Shown: positions 55,389-64,000 of the stretch, piece after piece
Layout: every line of letters starts with the position of its first letter
How positions within the stretch are numbered: the stretch's first letter is position 1
Source of the DNA: a virus
Taxonomy: Duplodnaviria; Caudoviricetes
Strand: one strand, 5' to 3'
Length of the DNA stretch: 64,000 nt
Virus record (IMG/VR): IMGVR_UViG_3300045391_006539
Made by a program: the position numbers and the translations under genes
Notes under the pieces: generated by a model
Database searches by the model: none
Told to the model about the DNA's origin: nothing
What the model saw: only the letters and a program-made list of their open reading frames with translations

Positions 55389-58266
55389 GGCAGCAGCCGA
55401 AGTCTATCTCGACAACGACGAAGAGGAACTCCCAGATGTCTCTGCGAGCCATCCGGATTACATCTGGCAGCCTGAAGAGGACCCCGAGGAGCCGGACCTG
55501 CTAATCCGCGAGGAAGCCATTGCGAAGCTACCCAAACTACCACGGGTCAAGCCGAGCGTCTTCACGCAGACTGCCTTTCTCATGCCCACCGAGGTGGGTG
55601 AGGGTGACCAGCAGACCATAGAGCTCAGGAACTTCTCGTTCAAGGAGCGCCCGCACCTGCGCCGCATCTACGATACGGCGTGTCGTCGTGTATTGCTCAT
55701 GTGCGCTCGTCAGGTGGAGAAGTCCACCCTGCTCGGCAATATCTCCATCGCGTACTCGTGCATCGTCCCCGGCTACCGCACGCTCTACGTCTCGCCCTCT
55801 GCCACTCAGACCAAGACCTTCAGCGCCGACCGCATCAAGGAGCCGCTCGAGACCAGCACCTTCCTTCGTCAGTTCACGACGAAGATGCTCTCCATGAACA
55901 TCCTGGAGAAGCAGTTCATCAATCGCAGCAAGATTACCCTGCGCTACGCGTTCCTCAACGCCGACCGCTGCCGAGGAATTCCGGCATGGGCTCTGTTCCT
56001 GGATGAGATTCAGGACATCCTCGCCGACAACATCCCCGTCATCGAGGCCTGCCAGAACCACGCGCCCAAGCGCTGGCGTCGCAACATCTACAGCGGCACT
56101 CCGAAGTCCCTCGACAACACCATCGAGACTTACTGGTCGTCGATGAGCACGATGAACGAGTGGGTCGTGCCCTGTGAGGGGTGCAACAACTGGAACATCC
56201 TGGGCGAGAAGAACATCGGCAGGAAGGGCATCGTCTGTACCAAGTGCGGCAAGTACCTGAACGCTCAGCACCCACGAGCTCAGTGGGCCGCGCAGCGCCA
56301 GTTCGACGACGTGAAGGTCCCCTTCGAGGGCTACCGCATCAGTCAGTTGATGGTGCCCTGGGTGGACTGGAACGAAATTCTCATTGCCTATGAGAAGCAC
56401 GGGCGTGACAAGTTTTATAACGAGACGCTCGGCATTTCGTACGACTCGGGCATGCGCCCGCTCACTCGGGCGCAGGTCATGGCGGTTTGCAACCCCGAGA
56501 TTACGATGTATGACTCGAAGCAGCGCGAGTACTACAAGCAGCTCAGCGCTGCTCAGCCCATCTTCGCTGGCATTGATTGGGGATGTCATGACGAAGACAC
56601 CCGCATCCTGACGAGGGATGGCTTCAAGTACTTTCGAGACCTGGGTGACAAGGACGAGGTTGCTCAGTGGGACCCAGACACTCGGGAGATGACTTACACC
56701 AAACCGAAGGCCGTGACCGTGAGGGATTGGGACCAGCCCCTTCTGCACTTCAAGACCAAGGGTGGTCTCGACATGATGTTGACCCACACCCATCGCATGC
56801 GGGTGGGCGCCCAGCAGGGGGAGCACTGGCTGACGGAATCTGCAGGTGAGCTTGCTGAGCGGGGTGGCAACGTGAAGTTCGTGGGCCACGTCGAGTGGAA
56901 GGGCGACTTCGATGCCGTGGGCTTCATCTTGCCAGGTCTACCAAAGAGTCCTGGCTACAAGGGTTCCGAGGACGTTGAGTACAGAATGGACGACTGGCTC
57001 GAGTTCCTCGGCTATGTCCTGTCCGAGGGTGGTGTTTGCCTGAAGAAGAACAAGGTAGGTGAGCTCGTTCCTTACTGCGTGAAGATGTCACAGCGGGAGA
57101 CAGTGAGTCCAGAGAAGTACGAGAAGATTCGTATGTGCATGGTGCGTATGGGTCTCAACTTCACGGCATTTCCCAACCCGAAGACGGGCGATGTCAACTG
57201 GACCATCTACGGTAAGCAGCTCTGGAGCTGGCTTGCCAAGCATGTAGGGATGACGGGTGACGTGAAGCGCATCCCCGCCATGTTCAAGCGTCTCTCTAAG
57301 CGGCAACTGCGCATTCTGTTCGACGCCATGCTCCTCGGTGACGGTTACGTAGACCCACGGGATGGTTGCACGGGTGGCGCCTACTACTCGACGTCGAAGA
57401 AACTCTGCGAGGATTTTCAGGAACTCTGCATCAAGTTGGGTCTACGTTGCGTGGTGCGTCTGCACAAACCAGCCGCAGGCAATCGCAAGGCTCGCTACCG
57501 TGCATCTTGGTCTGTGGGCAGGGACTATACATTCAACAAGCCCAGCACCAGCATCGAGCGAGTCCCCTACAAGGGCAAGGTCTACTGCTGCTCGGTGCCC
57601 ACGGGCTACATCGTGACCGAGCGCAATGGTTGCATTGCGTATCAGGGCAACACGGGCGAACATTCGTACACGGTGCTCACCCTGGCCACGTACATCGGGC
57701 GCAAGTTCCGCTGCTTCTACATCCACCGCTTCGTCGGCGAGGAGACGGAGCCCGACCGGCAGATAGAGCTCATCATCGAGACCTTGCGCTACTACAACGT
57801 GGCGCTCATCGGTTGTGACTATGGTGGTGGTCACTACCCGAACGACAAACTCGTTCGTGTCTTCGGTCCCAACAAGGTCTGGAAGTATCAGTACTCCAAC
57901 ACGCCGAAGCAGGCATACAAGTGGAACCCGCAGCTCCTACGCTTCATGCTCCACCGCACCGAAGTGATGAGCCAAATCTTCAATGCCATCAAGCGCCGGC
58001 GTGAATGTGAGTTTCCTCGCTGGGAGGAGTTCGAGAAGCCCTACGCTCAGGACTTCCTCAACATCTACAGTGAGGACAACAAGATGACGCGCATCATTCA
58101 GTACAAGCATGCGCTCGACAAGCCCGACGACAGCTTCCATTCGTTCCTCTACTGCTGGCTGGTCTCGATGCTGAAGTTCCGTCGCCCAGACATCATCAAG
58201 CCCAACCGCGAGGACGCGAAGGGCAATCAGGTGCCCATCTATACGGGGCCTGTCGAGCAGTCGTGA
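55387..58266 (+). CDS. terL: Terminase large subunit, intein-containing
   Basis: ARQVEKST Walker A, LFLDEIQD Walker B, SGTP, CxxC..CxxC, G.ISQL, GIDWG nuclease, PDDSFHS. Confidence 0.9.
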   Translation: MAAAEVYLDNDEEELPDVSASHPDYIWQPEEDPEEPDLLIREEAIAKLPKLPRVKPSVFTQTAFLMPTEVGEGDQQTIELRNFSFKERPHLRRIYDTACRRVLLMCARQVEKSTLLGNISIAYSCIVPGYRTLYVSPSATQTKTFSADRIKEPLETSTFLRQFTTKMLSMNILEKQFINRSKITLRYAFLNADRCRGIPAWALFLDEIQDILADNIPVIEACQNHAPKRWRRNIYSGTPKSLDNTIETYWSSMSTMNEWVVPCEGCNNWNILGEKNIGRKGIVCTKCGKYLNAQHPRAQWAAQRQFDDVKVPFEGYRISQLMVPWVDWNEILIAYEKHGRDKFYNETLGISYDSGMRPLTRAQVMAVCNPEITMYDSKQREYYKQLSAAQPIFAGIDWGCHDEDTRILTRDGFKYFRDLGDKDEVAQWDPDTREMTYTKPKAVTVRDWDQPLLHFKTKGGLDMMLTHTHRMRVGAQQGEHWLTESAGELAERGGNVKFVGHVEWKGDFDAVGFILPGLPKSPGYKGSEDVEYRMDDWLEFLGYVLSEGGVCLKKNKVGELVPYCVKMSQRETVSPEKYEKIRMCMVRMGLNFTAFPNPKTGDVNWTIYGKQLWSWLAKHVGMTGDVKRIPAMFKRLSKRQLRILFDAMLLGDGYVDPRDGCTGGAYYSTSKKLCEDFQELCIKLGLRCVVRLHKPAAGNRKARYRASWSVGRDYTFNKPSTSIERVPYKGKVYCCSVPTGYIVTERNGCIAYQGNTGEHSYTVLTLATYIGRKFRCFYIHRFVGEETEPDRQIELIIETLRYYNVALIGCDYGGGHYPNDKLVRVFGPNKVWKYQYSNTPKQAYKWNPQLLRFMLHRTEVMSQIFNAIKRRRECEFPRWEEFEKPYAQDFLNIYSEDNKMTRIIQYKHALDKPDDSFHSFLYCWLVSMLKFRRPDIIKPNREDAKGNQVPIYTGPVEQS
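56584..57651 (+). mobile_element. Intein (356 aa, LAGLIDADG type) in terminase nuclease domain
   Basis: IDWG|CHDEDTRILT, LTHTHRM, LGYVLSEG, AMLLGDG, VYCCSVP...QGN|T. Confidence 0.9.
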
Positions 58267-58268
58267 GA

Positions 58269-59000
58269 CTACTCGTTGCGGGGCGCCTCCCAGACGAGGT
58301 TGTTCATCGATAGCGCGATGACATCTTCGTGGGGGCACCCCTTGACCTCGGGAAACATCTCGGCGGCGAGCTCTTTGCCGTAGAGCGTGCGCACGTGAAA
58401 GTAGGCGGTACGTCGGGCTGTGCGTAGTCCCGTGTTCAAGAGCTGGTAGGTCGTCTCGAGCTCGGGGTTGTAGCGGGTGACGAGGACATCCTGCCCGTCG
58501 CAGAGCTTGCGACCGAGCCTGAGGAAGGCCCGCCAGGGTTCCTTCTGGTCGGTGTAGAAGGTGATGGCCTCGAAGTGACTCTCGGTCAGACCGTATAGGG
58601 TCTTGGCCCACTCGAGCAGGACGGTAGGATTGCGACTGGCTGGCTCGCGCAGTGCGTCCTCTGCTCGGAGCAGAAGACTCACGACCGAGTCCCGGTCTGT
58701 GGCGATGTGTGGCGTGTTCAAACCCAGCACGAAACGAATCTGGTCGAGTTCACGGCGCAGGGCGCGTGCCTCCATGGACGCACGCTTGGCTTCGACGAAG
58801 GCGGCCTCCGGATTACTACCCTTCTCGCGAATCTCCTTCAGCGCTGCGATGTCCGTCATTCGATAGAGTCGATTGGCGACAGTCGAGGGGCTCTCTGGAG
58901 CGGGTTTCAAGATGCCCCGGCGCAGCATCTTTTGTAGTTGTGAGCTAGTGACACCGAGGATGGACGCAGCTTGTTCGCCATTCACGAGCTCGTATTTCAT
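58269..59000 (-). CDS. MerR/excisionase-like HTH regulatory protein
   Basis: QAASILGVT...KMLRRGILKP....RLYRMTDI..L followed by coiled coil. Confidence 0.7.
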   Translation of the reverse strand: MKYELVNGEQAASILGVTSSQLQKMLRRGILKPAPESPSTVANRLYRMTDIAALKEIREKGSNPEAAFVEAKRASMEARALRRELDQIRFVLGLNTPHIATDRDSVVSLLLRAEDALREPASRNPTVLLEWAKTLYGLTESHFEAITFYTDQKEPWRAFLRLGRKLCDGQDVLVTRYNPELETTYQLLNTGLRTARRTAYFHVRTLYGKELAAEMFPEVKGCPHEDVIALSMNNLVWEAPRNE

Positions 59001-59090
59001 CGCTCGAGTGAGACACATCGAGGCCCTCGCGTCTAGGCCCCTTCCTTCCCTTGACTACATGCCACGGTATATTCTTACCCCGGAGGACCG

Positions 59091-60332
59091 ATGGAAGACC
59101 TACCCACCGCACTATTGACGCAGCAAGAGCATGCGCGAGCGAGAACTGGCGAGGAACTGGAGACGTTCGGCAAGCATGCCTCGAAGCTCTACCTCCGGGG
59201 AAAATGTGAGACGCTGAGCGAGGCTGTGGTCGAGGCGGTGAAGACCGCTGGTCTGTCCCCAGAACAGGTCAAGCGCGTCGTCGAGTTCGCCAATACGAGC
59301 ACCTACCTCGAGAAGTTTGCGAGCGAAGACTCGACCCACAAGGTCATCAACTTCGAGGGCGGCCCAGCCTCCTTCCCCGACGTCATCCGCGACCTCAATG
59401 ACGGTGGTGGGGGCTCGGTCTACGATTCTGCCCAGGGCGACTACTCGCTCCCACCCCCAGACGTGGAGAAGATGGCGGCTGCCAACCTCGCTCGGCTGGG
59501 GTTCATGGACGGGAAGCTGGCGAGCGCCTTCGCCGTCGACGAGATTCCGCTGCCCTATGGAGAGCCACTGCGTGACGCCATCGACATGAAGGACAAGCTC
59601 GCGAGTCTCTACGATGAGGCCATGAGCGAGCTCGGCAGTCTCGAGACCCGCTATATGGACCTCTGCGACCTGATGTTTGGGCAGGTCAAGCAGGCCTCGC
59701 TCGAGGGCGTGCCACTCGGTCAGCTCGTTCCGCTCTTTGCATCGGTCACCGAAGACCCCGCCTTCCTCAAGGCGGCCTTCGCCGAGCTCGGTCCGCGCCT
59801 CGTGGACAACCGGGTCTTCGAGACTCACGATGCCATGAGCGAGTCGCTCATGAAGACCGCGGGCGCCGGTATGCCCAATCCCCAGCACCCCCTCGTCGGT
59901 ATCTACGCGGACTTCTGCGAGACGCTCGCGAAGCTGGCCGCCACCCGCCAGGTGAGCGAGGACGTCGTCGCCAACCTCGACACGTTGCAGACCTTCATCA
60001 AGAAGGCTTCTGCGGCCACGGCTGGCGAGAGCGTCGGCAAGGTCCTCGGTGCCATCCCAAAAGCCTGGAGGGCCGTCACGGGAGCGGCGGCCCACGCCTC
60101 GCAGCCTGTTGAGCAGTTCGTCGAGAAGGCGGTGGGTCCCAATGCGGCATGGGCAGCGAGCCGCGCCGTCAAGTACGCCCCTCATGCGGCGACGGCACTC
60201 GCGGGCGAAGAGGTCTACCAGCGCGCCAAGGCCAACCCCGCCATCCAGGGCGCGGAGAACTTCGTGCTCTCGCGTCTCCCCTATACTCGTCAGAACATGG
60301 CGCGACAGTACAACTTGCAGATGGGTTACTGA
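59091..60332 (+). CDS. Putative head protein rich in K-x-A motifs
   Basis: GGAGG RBS; KHAS, KTAG, KFAS, KMAA, KLAS x2, KQAS, KLAA, KKAS. Confidence 0.65.
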   Translation: MEDLPTALLTQQEHARARTGEELETFGKHASKLYLRGKCETLSEAVVEAVKTAGLSPEQVKRVVEFANTSTYLEKFASEDSTHKVINFEGGPASFPDVIRDLNDGGGGSVYDSAQGDYSLPPPDVEKMAAANLARLGFMDGKLASAFAVDEIPLPYGEPLRDAIDMKDKLASLYDEAMSELGSLETRYMDLCDLMFGQVKQASLEGVPLGQLVPLFASVTEDPAFLKAAFAELGPRLVDNRVFETHDAMSESLMKTAGAGMPNPQHPLVGIYADFCETLAKLAATRQVSEDVVANLDTLQTFIKKASAATAGESVGKVLGAIPKAWRAVTGAAAHASQPVEQFVEKAVGPNAAWAASRAVKYAPHAATALAGEEVYQRAKANPAIQGAENFVLSRLPYTRQNMARQYNLQMGY

Positions 60333-60333
60333 G

Positions 60334-60801
60334 ATGAGCAATCCCCTCGAAGACTACCTGGCGACCAAGCCCAAGACCAAGACGGCCTTCCTCGGCATGT
60401 CGGGCAGCAGTATCAAGAATGGCATCACCATGGGTGCCGAGGAAGCCATCGGCAAGGGCGTCGTGGGTCTAGCTGCGACAGGTATCGGTATCGCTGCACT
60501 CAAGACCATGCGCGCCCTGGGCAAGGCCCGGGACTTCAAGAACATGATGGCGCTCAACCCAGACCTGGTCGAGTACCACGACCAGAACCCGGCGCAGTTC
60601 AACGCCCACTACAACTCGCTCCGAGCCATGGCTCCAGCGTACGGGCAAGACCCCGTCATCTCCGGCACGCTCATGCGCCAGATGAACAACAGTCCCATGC
60701 ACGCCGGCGGCGTCCTGATGAGCGCACTCGAGGGCGCTCAGAAGTCCTCGCCGTCGTTCACTGCCAGCATGGACCCGCTCAAGGTGCAGGGTCGCTTCTG
60801 A
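60334..60801 (+). CDS. Putative virion protein
   Basis: MSNPLEDYL..KTAF N-terminus resembles 32985 ORF (MNELENYLMDKTAE); hydrophobic helix. Confidence 0.6.
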   Translation: MSNPLEDYLATKPKTKTAFLGMSGSSIKNGITMGAEEAIGKGVVGLAATGIGIAALKTMRALGKARDFKNMMALNPDLVEYHDQNPAQFNAHYNSLRAMAPAYGQDPVISGTLMRQMNNSPMHAGGVLMSALEGAQKSSPSFTASMDPLKVQGRF

Positions 60802-60804
60802 GCG

Positions 60805-62493
60805 ATGCTCAAATGTAGTCACTTCCGGGCCGAGACGGAGCATGGACCCTCTGCCATCCCGCTCTTCGGCAAGGCCGACGCGTACTTCGAGAAGACCGCG
60901 TCGGCCCAGCTGCTTCCGGAGGTGAGTCGGTACATCGCTCAACTCCGTCCGCTGCCCAACTCCCAGTACGTCTTGGTCAACGCCATGGGCGCGGGCGAGT
61001 ACTACGGCAGCAACGTCAACGGGGACTACTTCACGGAGGCGTGCCTCATTCACAAGCCCGACGAGTGGACTGGCAATCCCCTGTTCGACCGTGCTCTGGC
61101 GGCAGCATGGCCCTATGGGTTCCCCACCTTCTATCGCGCTCATCCATACGCGCATCATCGAAACAAGGACAGCAAACGCGCCTTCGGAGAAGTCGAGCTC
61201 GCTGCCTGGAACCCGCACATGCGCCGGGTCGAGCTCGTCACCCGGGTAGACCAGGACAAGTGTGCCGAGTTCGGTGGGCAGGGTACCTGGGACAAGCTCA
61301 GGACAGGGGCCTATCCCGATGTATCGATGGGTACCAAAGTCCCTTTCGACACCTGCAGCATCTGCCTCGACTGGAAGACCTACGAGGAGGCGCTCGCGAG
61401 CTTCGACCCAGTGCGGCACAAGCACCCGGGTCTCGCTGCGCTCGAGTGGCACAAGACCAAGCGGCCCATCCAGGGCCTGTCCATCACTCGCCAGGACTAC
61501 TGCGAGCATGCCCTGCGGCAGATGAACCGCATCTTCCCCGATGGGAGGAAGTCATTCGTCTACAACGACTGGCCGGCATTCTTCGATATCAGCTTCGTCT
61601 TCATCGGCGCGGACAAGACGGCGAAGACGATGTTCTTCATCTTCTCGCAGGGTGTACCGCACAGTGCGGTACGTTCGAGCGCCGAGCTCGCCGATGACCT
61701 GGGGGTCGAGGAGCCGGGGGAGAAGACCGCGAGCGTCGATGACCTGCTGCTCGAACAGGCTTTCGGCAAGCTAGCGCGGCAGAAGCGTGGGGAAATCGAC
61801 AAGAGGTACGTGCCCACGCAGTTCGCGGGCAAGGCCGTGCCCCTCATCACTGGGTGTGAGCCCGACCTACCCAACGAAACTCTCGACCAGCTCTCCTCGG
61901 TGGCACCCGCGAACGTCCTGTCCACGCTCGGCGGGATGGGAATTTTGCTCAAGCCGAGGGAGTTCCAACGCCTGATTCTCACCCAGCTCGGCCAGCGTGA
62001 GTTGGCGGATGAACTCGATGAGAATGGTGAGGTCATCGAGCAGACGGACGAGCGAGAAAACATGGGCGTGGATGCCAAAAACTTCCAACCCGCGCTCGCC
62101 GAGATGCTCTCTGGACTCATCGCCCAGCGTTCCCTTTTAGCCCCCGAACTCGAACAGCGCGCAGTCATGTCGTCGCCGTCCGAGAAGACCAAGAGCGCAC
62201 GAGCGCCTTCCCATTCCAAAGACCTGCTCGATAAGATTGCCGCTGCCTATAACGGCTACCGCCAAGACGTGATGGAACTGGTCGCTCACTCGCAACACTT
62301 GATGGCTCTGGCGGGGACTACGAGTCCCCTGCAGAAGCTTTCATCGGTGCCTGCCAGTGAGGTCTTCACCCCGCTATCGGCTGCATACCTCCGGTATGCT
62401 TACGCCGATGAGTTCGGTGGGGCGAGTACCACTACCAAAACGGGCGGCAGCCGGCGTGGAGGAGGGTCTCCCTCCGAAGAACACGTGGGGTGA
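60805..62493 (+). CDS. Prohead (maturation) protease, clan SH-like, with Zn-binding insert
   Basis: N.NGDYF, H (AHHRN), GEV, DVSMG (catalytic-Ser motif), CSIC..CEH, FFDISFV..GAD (equivalent of E.S.V..PA). Confidence 0.7.
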   Translation: MLKCSHFRAETEHGPSAIPLFGKADAYFEKTASAQLLPEVSRYIAQLRPLPNSQYVLVNAMGAGEYYGSNVNGDYFTEACLIHKPDEWTGNPLFDRALAAAWPYGFPTFYRAHPYAHHRNKDSKRAFGEVELAAWNPHMRRVELVTRVDQDKCAEFGGQGTWDKLRTGAYPDVSMGTKVPFDTCSICLDWKTYEEALASFDPVRHKHPGLAALEWHKTKRPIQGLSITRQDYCEHALRQMNRIFPDGRKSFVYNDWPAFFDISFVFIGADKTAKTMFFIFSQGVPHSAVRSSAELADDLGVEEPGEKTASVDDLLLEQAFGKLARQKRGEIDKRYVPTQFAGKAVPLITGCEPDLPNETLDQLSSVAPANVLSTLGGMGILLKPREFQRLILTQLGQRELADELDENGEVIEQTDERENMGVDAKNFQPALAEMLSGLIAQRSLLAPELEQRAVMSSPSEKTKSARAPSHSKDLLDKIAAAYNGYRQDVMELVAHSQHLMALAGTTSPLQKLSSVPASEVFTPLSAAYLRYAYADEFGGASTTTKTGGSRRGGGSPSEEHVG

Positions 62494-62519
62494 CGATAAC
62501 CACGGTTGAGGAGTTTGGA

Positions 62520-63326
62520 ATGACCATGAATCAAGATTTGCGCCAGATGTTCGCGGGCAGCGACGAAGCCACCGTGAAGCAGGCCGAGGCCGAGATGTTC
62601 GCGAAGCTCGCTGCGGCGGAAGGCGTCAACCTCGCAGACTTCACCGATGAGCAGGTGCAGCAGCTCTGGGACCATACCTTCGGCAAGCATGCCGAGGATG
62701 GCGAAGAGGCCAAGAAGGACGACGAGGAGAAGGACGACGACGAGAAGAAGGAAGCGGCCGCGGCCGAGCACCAGCAGAAGCTCGCGTTCGCCAACGAAGT
62801 CGCCAAGGCCGAGCACCTCGGTCAGGTGATGGCCGAATCTTACGTGCAGCACCTCAACAAGCTGGGCCACGACCTGTCGAAGGAAGCCACCAAGGCGCTG
62901 CCGGGTCCGAGCATGCGTGGTGCCTTCGGTCGGGCACTGACGAGCGTCCAGCAGGCGGCTCGCAAGGGCAAGGGCGCCGTCGAGCGCGGCGCGCGCAAGG
63001 CGGGTGATTTTGCCAAGGAACACAAGGGCAAGTTCATCGCTGGTGGCGCGGGTGCTGCTGCGGGTGCCGGTGGGGGCTATGTGGCTGGCAAGAAGAAAGA
63101 GAGCTCGGCGCTCTCCAACATCGACCAGCTGGCGCTCGAGCACGCGGTCAAGCTCGCGAACGACGCAGGTCTCGACCCCGAGGTGGCGGCGACGCGTGTG
63201 ACGAGCGTCGCGAACCTGGGTCTGGACGAGTCCGACAAGGTCGCCTCCACGCTGCAGGAGCAGGTGCACGTCCGCGCGCTCGAGTATCTCGAGGCGGCGG
63301 GTTACCCCGTCACCTGGCCCGAGTGA
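62520..63326 (+). CDS. Scaffold-like acidic helical protein with K-x-A motifs
   Basis: GAGGAG RBS; follows the protease; KQAE, KLAA, KHAE, KEAA, KLAF, KEAT, KLAN, KVAS. Confidence 0.6.
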   Translation: MTMNQDLRQMFAGSDEATVKQAEAEMFAKLAAAEGVNLADFTDEQVQQLWDHTFGKHAEDGEEAKKDDEEKDDDEKKEAAAAEHQQKLAFANEVAKAEHLGQVMAESYVQHLNKLGHDLSKEATKALPGPSMRGAFGRALTSVQQAARKGKGAVERGARKAGDFAKEHKGKFIAGGAGAAAGAGGGYVAGKKKESSALSNIDQLALEHAVKLANDAGLDPEVAATRVTSVANLGLDESDKVASTLQEQVHVRALEYLEAAGYPVTWPE

Positions 63327-63360
63327 ACGTAGTTCCGTAGTCATCGGGACACGACGAAAG

Positions 63361-64000
63361 GTGGCAGCGACGTTCAAGATGGCGGCGTCTATGGGTTCTG
63401 GTCTACCAGACCCCCATAAGGACGTCGCTGCTTCCAACCCCATCCCGACGATGGCTGTCGAGAACAAGCCAGCGCCGGGGCAGACGGGTCCCAAGGGTCT
63501 AGCCCCGAGGACCACGTACTCGCGAGTGAACACGGGGCAACCTCCCGTCATGGACGCTGGAGCATCCGCCCAGAAGAGTGGCCCCAACATGGGGATGAGT
63601 TTTCTGCCTGCTAAAGTGGCAGCGGATAGAGGTTTTATGGCTACGTCATTTCAAGAGCGCCCCACGCTGCAGTCGATGGTGAAGGCAGCCATGGAGGGGG
63701 CGACGCATCGTCTGTCTGTCAACATCGAGGCAGGGCGTCAGGAGCAGACTCGCAGCGGTGTGAAAACCGCGAATGCGAAGGCGTCTTCGTCCTCCCCCGG
63801 TCACGTATCTACCGAGCTTTGCCAGAAGCTCGCAGGTGCACTCGGTTTCATCAGCCAGCAAATCGTCAAGGAAGCGGAGGGTCCCGGTGAAGGACCGGGC
63901 GCATTGACGGTGATGCAGGCGACGAGCAACGAGAAGCCCCTCGAGCCGGGCGAGAGTGGCCAGGCGACGGGCAAGAACCAGCCGCCGCGCACGCCCGAGA
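63361..64000 (+). CDS. 5' part of another head-cluster protein (runs off the window)
   Basis: Frame open from GTG 63361 to the end; KMAA, KVAA, KTAN, KLAG, KEAE. Confidence 0.55.
   Translation, partial: MAATFKMAASMGSGLPDPHKDVAASNPIPTMAVENKPAPGQTGPKGLAPRTTYSRVNTGQPPVMDAGASAQKSGPNMGMSFLPAKVAADRGFMATSFQERPTLQSMVKAAMEGATHRLSVNIEAGRQEQTRSGVKTANAKASSSSPGHVSTELCQKLAGALGFISQQIVKEAEGPGEGPGALTVMQATSNEKPLEPGESGQATGKNQPPRTPE

Noticed and set aside
59051-59075. Sigma70 promoter TTGACT...TATATT/TATTCT
   Set aside because: Spacer is only 11-13 nt
51311-64000. Major capsid protein call
   Set aside because: No ORF shows a recognisable HK97-fold pattern; it probably lies beyond the window
1-64000. Alternative genetic code
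   Set aside because: Standard code gives dense, full-length genes ending in all three stop codons

Overview
Segment of a large, GC-rich (roughly 63%) lytic tailed-phage genome, probably with a contractile tail. No integrase, tRNA, rRNA or CRISPR array was seen. Layout: (1) 1-10.4 kb (+): baseplate/tail-fibre genes, a lysis-like membrane cluster and an inorganic-pyrophosphatase-like gene. (2) 10.4-32.4 kb (-): replication/recombination operon with RusA, Cas4-like exonuclease, Hjc-like resolvase, RecA, HU-like protein, family A DNA polymerase (intein), gp32-like SSB, primase, DnaB-like helicase, vWA protein, family-4 UDG, SF2 helicase (two inteins) and two free-standing homing endonucleases. 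(3) 32.5-64 kb (+): head genes (portal, terminase with intein, prohead protease, scaffold/inner-head proteins), a baseplate spike and a ~2150-aa single-chain beta-beta' RNA polymerase, interrupted by small (-) strand islands such as MoxR/vWA. Most notable observations: an intein whose endonuclease is encoded in an overlapping +1 frame; the fused RNAP with a candidate set of its own signals (GG(A/C/G)ATAA(G/C) promoters, hairpin+TTAGCC terminators, leaderless -10-only late promoters); a K-x-A motif saturating head proteins, probably a maturation-protease site; a ~190-nt double long-hairpin RNA supported by G-U wobble asymmetry; aromatic-rich low-complexity regions on replication-operon proteins; and apparent avoidance of GATC. 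All calls come from motif reading; no searches were run.
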